A stretch of 64,000 nucleotides of DNA. Source: Sarea resinae. Lineage: Eukaryota. Below the pieces are notes generated by a model that did no database searches, had not been told where the DNA came from, and saw only the letters and a program-made list of their open reading frames with translations. Positions 61,260 to 64,000 of the stretch are shown in pieces (position 1 is the stretch's first letter; the number at the start of each line of letters is the position of its first letter). The DNA is taken from contig JAPEUD010000010.1 in assembly GCA_026026165.1 (NCBI GenBank), positions 248,001 to 312,000 on the forward strand, written 5' to 3'. Both the position numbers and the translations under genes were made by a program.

Positions 61260-64000
61260 TTTTTCTTATGTTCTTCTTTCTCTTCCTTTATAGCTTTCTT
61301 CTTCTTTCTTTATTATTTCTTCCTAGTTAGGTAGGTAGTAAGATTAAACTTAGTAAGTATCTTTAAAGTATAATAGTAGTAGTAGTAGTAGTAGTAGGAG
61401 AAGGATTTAATAATTAGAGAAAAAGATATATAAAGATAGAGGTAGAGAGAGGAGAGAAAAGAGAGAAAGGAGAGAAATAGGAATATTCTCTATACTCTAT
61501 TAGGTTCTACACTATATACTCTAACATCTACTCTTTACCTCTCTATCTCTCTTCTCTTCTTATATCTTGAAATTCTTTTCTCTCTAGAATAGCGCCTATG
61601 GTTAGTGGTGAGGTTAGTATCTCTTAATCTCTCTCTCCCTCTCTCTCTCTCTCTCTTTTTTACATAGTAATAGCAAAGATTAGTAGGTAGTTAAATGCGT
61701 GAGTAAGTAGGTAAGTAAGTAAGCAAGTAAGTCAAGTATTTTACTTTCTTTACGCTCCATCTATCTATCTATCCTACCTATCTATTGATCTACTTATATA
61801 TCTATCTATCCTACCTATCTCTTATACCTACCTATATCCTATATCCTATTCTCTATACTAGACCCCTCTCTTTTCTCTTTCCTTACCTCTTTCCTTACTC
61901 TCTCCTTAGCCTCTCCTTACTCTCTTTCTTTACTAACGTCTCTATTGTTCTATTGTAGTTTAGATAGAGAAGGACTAAGGTAGGATGACATTATTACCTT
62001 GCTATTGCTATGAATTGTAAAAACAAGGAGAGGAAGTAAAACGTAGACAGTAGTAGTAGTGGTAGTGGTAGTACGTGAAGGAGAGAAGAGAAGATAAGAG
62101 AAGATAAGACTAAAGAGACATGCAATAGCTAAGAGGCCTAGAGAGGTTATATAATGTATTATGTTAAGCATCTATAAGGTAGCGTGTGAGCTGTAAGAGT
62201 AGGGTGTAAGCTGTGAGCTGTAAGCTGTGAGTTATAAGAGGAGAGGAGGGTAGAGGAGGGTAGGGTATGGTTGACAAGAGGGTGTTGCGAATTAGTGTCG
62301 TGGATTGATATTATAGGAAGTGTGTGGGATAGTATTTTGGTATCGTAGGAGTCGTAGGAGTTGTAGGGAGGTGTGGGAGTTGTGGAGCATGCCATGGAAG
62401 GACTATAGGGGTTAGAAGAGCTATGAGAGCTAAAAGGGCTGGACGAGCTGGACGAGCTGAGTGATAATAGTGATGATGTTGAGCGACGATGAGGATACGG
62501 GAAGAGGAGATGTTTGTGGATATCTTCACGGGGGCGGGCTGTTGCCTCTGCCTCTGCCTCTGCCTGTGCCAGCCCACGGTCAATCACCATCGAACAAAGA
62601 CACCAGCCATCACCATTTACACTTCGAGTCCAGATAGAGAGGAAACGACTGGCGGGCAGCCTCTCCCGACTCCAAGACCGTCGGTGATATGGTCATGGTC
62701 GTCATGGTCATTTCGTCTTTGCAGGAAACCCAGCGGTGTGAGAAACATTGAAAAAAGTAATACTCAAAGCGATCGAACGTCGCAGTGACGAGTAAGACGG
62801 CATGAGCGGCAGCGAACAGCAACATCAACGCCTGAAGCAGATGTTCTTAGCTGCACGGCTCCATGACGAGACAGCCAGCCAGCCAGCCGGATAGACAGCC
62901 GGCTGGACTAGGCGGGTAAGAAGGAGAGAAAAAGGAAACGTTGGAGAGAAAAGAATGTTGGGCATTCCATCTCGATCATGTAGATGGCCGGTTTCCGTCT
63001 CTTTCAGATACACCGCAGTCAAGCCGCTCGCTCTATGACAGTAGTACTCATGGCGGTGCCGTGATGCGGTGTCCTCCTGTCGAAGATGACAGTGATAATG
63101 TCCATAGTGGGTCGATCCGTCGAGCACTCATTCGCAGGATCGAAATTTCTCGGCGGAGCCTTGCCAGCTTAGTACGGCCTATCGCCCAGGGTACGGAAAA
63201 GAAAATAAAGGGACGTTGGTTGCCCCAAATCCGATGAAGGGACAAAGTAGCAGAGCAGGCGTTCCAGGTAAGATAGTACTCAATCTCCGTCATAGGCCCC
63301 GCCGACCAAAGTCCGATGCAGATGGATCATGGATCATGGATGGATCGACGGATCAAGGATGCCTGGTAGATGGAGTCGAGTAGAGTACGAGTAGATGCTC
63401 CTGAAAGCCCGACTCCACCCCATCACTCCCAAAGAAAAATCCCACCAGAATCGATCGTGGATGGACGGACAGCCGAGGAGCGGAACGACTGCTGAGCTTC
63501 GATCCGTGGCCACAGTGGAGGAGAGAAGAAGGGCGGGAAAGAGGGGTAGCATGGTAGGATGGATCTCCCGGGCTGATCTTCCTTGTCTTATCTCCTTGGC
63601 CTCTTTTACTCTACTCGGTATCACTACTACTCCGTACTCTGAGTACTCTACTACCTACATAGTACGACAAGGAAGCACCTTGCCATTCTGCCGCCGCGCT
63701 CCTCCTCCTCCTCCTCCTCCTCGCGCTCTTGCGTGTCATTCGGCTGTCAAATCCATCTCTCTCTCTCGTGCTTCCGCTCCCTCGGCCTGCAGGCGGGCCA
63801 GAGATCCCAGACGAGACCTCGCACTTGGCGCTTTGCATCGAATGCCATCCCTCGTACCCTGGAGGCTACTCCGTATCAAGTACAGCGTACTTGCCTGCTG
63901 CTGGTGAGCCAAATCCTGCCGGGACGTGAAGATCGTTCCCCAACTCTGGCCGCTGATTGCAGTCTCGGGACCGCCCCTACATGATCGATACTGAGTGTCA

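Larger units (their letters stand above)
60830..62250. other. AT-rich, TpA-rich, CpA/TpG/CpG-poor island consistent with repeat-induced point mutation (RIP)
   Basis: By eye, very dense TA/CTA/TAG and a near absence of CA, TG and CG compared with the flanks. No credible ORF. Confidence 0.65.

Noticed and set aside
62159..63984. Short ORFs in the gene-free right end of the window
   Set aside because: Low complexity, no homology motifs and no coherent exon chain. It looks like a long regulatory region for a gene outside the window.

Overview
Gene-dense eukaryotic DNA from a filamentous ascomycete (Pezizomycotina-type genes with short GT-AG introns and CTRAY branch points). About 18 protein-coding genes can be reconstructed, mostly housekeeping: a hydrophilic Gly/Thr-rich protein, an NmrA-like reductase, NDUFAF6, RAD5, TEL1/ATM, NUP192, CUL4, a U-box cyclophilin (CYP8/PPIL2), EDC3, PIF1, PUB1, a probable Mediator Med2/MED29-like protein, ZRG17, a PIG-Y/Eri1-domain protein, a glycine-zipper protein, mitochondrial uL15 (MRPL10), a GT90 xylosyltransferase and an external NADH dehydrogenase. 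I found no intact transposon, tRNA, rRNA or CRISPR array. The most interesting signals are non-coding. (1) A dispersed family of TA-flanked motifs (TA-CTCC-G-TA, TA-C-GGAG-TA, TA-CTCC-GGAG-TA and others) reads like excision footprints of a Stowaway/plant-mariner-type element with CTCC termini. (2) A ~1.4-kb RIP-like hypermutated island has no recognisable transposon in it. (3) GC-rich, low-complexity gene ends sit next to microsatellite-packed spacers. Gene-level candidates include a second in-frame start of PIF1 and a micro-exon in PUB1. Exon boundaries were read by eye and no database searches were run.
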